Shown in pieces: positions 36,941 through 39,365 of a stretch of DNA of 39,365 nt. Under the pieces are notes generated by a model. That model made no database searches. It was not told the origin of the DNA and worked only from the letters and a program-made list of their open reading frames with translations. Source of the stretch: a virus (Duplodnaviria; Caudoviricetes); IMG/VR virus record IMGVR_UViG_3300014208_000019, positions 1 through 39,365 of that record; one strand, given 5' to 3'. A program made the position numbers and the translations under genes. The first letter of the stretch is position 1. Every line of letters begins with the position of its first letter.

Positions 36941-38254
36941 ATGGCAGACCAAAAAATAACAGCGCTTACGGCACACACCGCCCTCATAGACACAGACGTT
37001 GTGCCTGTGGTGGACATAACAGCCGGAGCGACAAAGAAAACGACGTGGGCGAATATCAAAAGCGTTCTCAAAACGTATTTTGACGGTATCTATTCCGCCA
37101 CGGGACATAACCACTCGGGCGTGTATGCACCTGTGCTTGGGGCAGACGACAATTATGTTACCGACGCGGAAAAAACTGTCATAGGAAACACGAGCGGAAC
37201 GAACAGCGGAAACGAAACGACAACGACACTCGGCGCAACAATAAACGGAGCGACAGCAAAAACGTCGGCGGTAGACGCGGATATGCTTTTGCTTATGGAT
37301 AGCGCGGACTCAAACCACGGAAAAAAATTGTCGTGGGCTTACGTCAAAAGTGTTTTGAAAACATATTTTGATACCATTTACGCCGTGGGAACGATACCAG
37401 TCAAAGCGAGTGGTGCCGAAATAAACACAGGAACGGACGACGCAAAATTTGCAACCGCGGCCGCAATTCTTGCAAGTAAAATTACATCAATAGACGTTCA
37501 AACTTTCACAGGAAACGGAACGTGGACACGCCCTACTACTTACAGAGCGTCAAGCCGTGTCGTTATTGAACTTTGGGGAGGAGGCGGAGGCGGAGGCGGA
37601 TCTGCCGCAAATGCAGGTTCAGGCGGAGGGGGCGGTGGAGCATATAACCGCGTGGAATGTTTAGCGTCAGCTCTTGGCTCAACGGAAAGCGTAACCGTCG
37701 GAGCGGCCGCCAACGGAGGAGCGTCAAGCGGAGCCGTTGGGACAGCAGGGAACACGTCTTCTTTTGGAACGAAAGCTTATGCGTATGGTGGGGGTGGAGG
37801 AGGAAACACAGATGGTGGTTCAGGCGGTTCAGGATACGGCGGTGGCGGTGGCGGGATAATGGGTGTTGGAGGAAACGGAAGTGGAGGAGCGGGAGGAGCT
37901 GGAGGAGCGCCGCTTGGCGGAGCGCAAGATAGCGCGAGTACTTTTGGAGGTGGTGGAAGCAATTTGAATGGTGGAACAGCCTTTACCGTTTATGGAGGTA
38001 CAGGTGGTTCAAGACAAAACGCTGCGATACCTGCGAATACTTACGGAGGCGGAGGGGGCGGTGGAGTGAGTGCGCCTGGCACGGCGGGAACAGGAGGAAC
38101 GTCTGTCTTTGGCGGAGCAGGAGGAAACGGAGCAAATGGAACTGGAAATAACGGAACAGCGCCTGGTGGAGGCGGAGGCGGTGGCGGAGGTGTCGGGGGC
38201 GGAGCAGGAGGAAACGGAGCGAGAGGAGAGGTGCGTGTTACAACTTACATCTAA
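36941..38254 (+). CDS. Glycine-rich fibre protein, paralogue of 7346..8476
   Basis: MADQKITAL N-terminus; KSVLKTYFD repeated twice; same glycine-rich C-terminal domain. Confidence 0.75.
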   Translation: MADQKITALTAHTALIDTDVVPVVDITAGATKKTTWANIKSVLKTYFDGIYSATGHNHSGVYAPVLGADDNYVTDAEKTVIGNTSGTNSGNETTTTLGATINGATAKTSAVDADMLLLMDSADSNHGKKLSWAYVKSVLKTYFDTIYAVGTIPVKASGAEINTGTDDAKFATAAAILASKITSIDVQTFTGNGTWTRPTTYRASSRVVIELWGGGGGGGGSAANAGSGGGGGGAYNRVECLASALGSTESVTVGAAANGGASSGAVGTAGNTSSFGTKAYAYGGGGGGNTDGGSGGSGYGGGGGGIMGVGGNGSGGAGGAGGAPLGGAQDSASTFGGGGSNLNGGTAFTVYGGTGGSRQNAAIPANTYGGGGGGGVSAPGTAGTGGTSVFGGAGGNGANGTGNNGTAPGGGGGGGGGVGGGAGGNGARGEVRVTTYI

Positions 38255-38260
38255 AAAATA

Positions 38261-39365
38261 ATGACGACAACATTTTTCAAGTTACTCCTTGAGACCGGGG
38301 ACAGAATACTTTTGGAAACGGGCGACAATGTGTTGCTTGAAAATTTGTCGTACACGGTAAATGATGTCGCGGCCGCGTATGCAATACAGGCGAAAGTTCC
38401 CGGAACTAAAACGGCGCAGTATACAATTTTGACTGTAAACGCACAAACGCAATCCGGAGCGTACGCTATCACGACCACTATCCCGACAACACAGGGCGCG
38501 GACTACTTTATTCAGGCGAAAAAACCTACTACTCAGGGGGCAGATTATAAGGTTCAGGCGAAAAAGTTGATAGAACCGAGCGCCGAATACTACATATCAA
38601 CCGAACATATCGCCGATATTGGGGCGGATTATTCGGTTATAACCGAGAATGACGACACCCTTGCAAGCGCGTACACAATAACAACGGACACCGAACAGAG
38701 CAAAACAGCCGATTATTTCATCGGAAAAGAACGCGAAAACACGCTTGAAAGTACATACAAGGTAACAACTACCACCAAACAAGACAAAACAAGCGCGTAT
38801 GCGATTGTGGCGCCCCAGAGCATAGGGCAAACGGCACAGTATACCGTCATTACAGATACGGAAATGCCTATCGCTTCCGATTACTTCATAAAGACGGTCG
38901 GAGCGGCCACCAAAGGCGCAGGATACGCGATACAAGCGAAATACCCGCAGACGTTTGGTGCCGATTACGAAATAGAAACCGAGAACGCAATTTTGCAAGG
39001 CGCGACCTATACCGTCAACTCAAACAAAGCAGTTGAGAAGACCGGGGACTATTACATCACAACGAACGGCGGGATTTCTTTCGGAGCGGAGTATATCATT
39101 TCGGTAAAAACTGATCTGCAAAACATCGCGGAGTATTTTATTCTTTCCGAGAACGCCGAGGAAAAAGGAGCGGACTATTGCGTGAAGACCAACACCGCGC
39201 AAAGTATGGGGGCGCAGTATTGTTTGACCACAGAGACAGAGGCAACGAAAGGCGCGCAATACTTTATTGCGAAAAAGATTGAGCAAGAAAAAACGGCAAC
39301 GTATTTCATTATCGGAAAAAATGGAATTGAGAAAGGTGCCGGATATACAGTGATTACGGATACAG
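38261..39365 (+). CDS. 5' part of the 501-aa 14-residue tandem-repeat protein (wraps to 422; missed by ORF track)
   Basis: Own translation MTTTFFKLLLETGDRILLETGDNVLLE..., open to the window end. Confidence 0.9.
   Translation, partial: MTTTFFKLLLETGDRILLETGDNVLLENLSYTVNDVAAAYAIQAKVPGTKTAQYTILTVNAQTQSGAYAITTTIPTTQGADYFIQAKKPTTQGADYKVQAKKLIEPSAEYYISTEHIADIGADYSVITENDDTLASAYTITTDTEQSKTADYFIGKERENTLESTYKVTTTTKQDKTSAYAIVAPQSIGQTAQYTVITDTEMPIASDYFIKTVGAATKGAGYAIQAKYPQTFGADYEIETENAILQGATYTVNSNKAVEKTGDYYITTNGGISFGAEYIISVKTDLQNIAEYFILSENAEEKGADYCVKTNTAQSMGAQYCLTTETEATKGAQYFIAKKIEQEKTATYFIIGKNGIEKGAGYTVITDT
39345..39365. repeat. 21-bp terminal overlap, identical to 1-21
   Basis: Exact match. Confidence 0.95.

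Noticed and set aside
7700-38254. Diversity-generating retroelement TR/VR pair in the two glycine-rich genes
   Set aside because: No reverse transcriptase is present; both copies are coding and the differences are not adenine-specific.
1572-39118. GATCTG explained as an Asp-Leu codon-pair preference or simple Dam/Sau3AI avoidance
   Set aside because: It occurs in all three frames, in one orientation only and evenly spaced; avoidance of a palindrome would be strand-symmetric.
255-39286. Minus-strand ORFs in the track
   Set aside because: All overlap well-supported + strand genes and have no recognisable motifs; they are treated as shadows.
39345-39365. Biological direct terminal repeat
   Set aside because: It is 21 bp long and falls mid-gene, as expected for an assembler k-mer overlap of a circular contig.
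1-39365. Stop-codon reassignment (code 15 or 25)
   Set aside because: Conserved genes are full length under code 11 and tile tightly, with TGA used as a stop.

Overview
The window is an apparently complete, circularly assembled ~39.3-kb tailed phage genome: bases 1-21 repeat at 39345-39365, giving a 39,344-bp circle. It has an HK97-type head and probably a non-contractile tail. All credible genes lie on the + strand. Order around the circle: terminase, portal-MuF fusion, protease, capsid, fibre/repeat proteins, neck, tail, lysis, origin-like intergenic region, small early genes, recombination/replication genes, C5 DNA methylase, initiator, a four-gene sugar-modification cassette, then a ParB-fused amino-methylase. 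I recognised no integrase, repressor, DNA polymerase, primase or tRNA. Missing Shine-Dalgarno motifs, extended -10 promoters and the SSB sequence suggest a Patescibacteria (CPR)-type host (inference). The most striking unexplained signal is GATC: on a manual read it occurs only 26 times, always as GATCTG on the + strand, never as CAGATC, in all three reading frames and fairly evenly spaced (about 1.5 kb). This looks like a positively selected, strand-polarised genome-wide mark. All annotations come from motif recognition by eye, without database searches.
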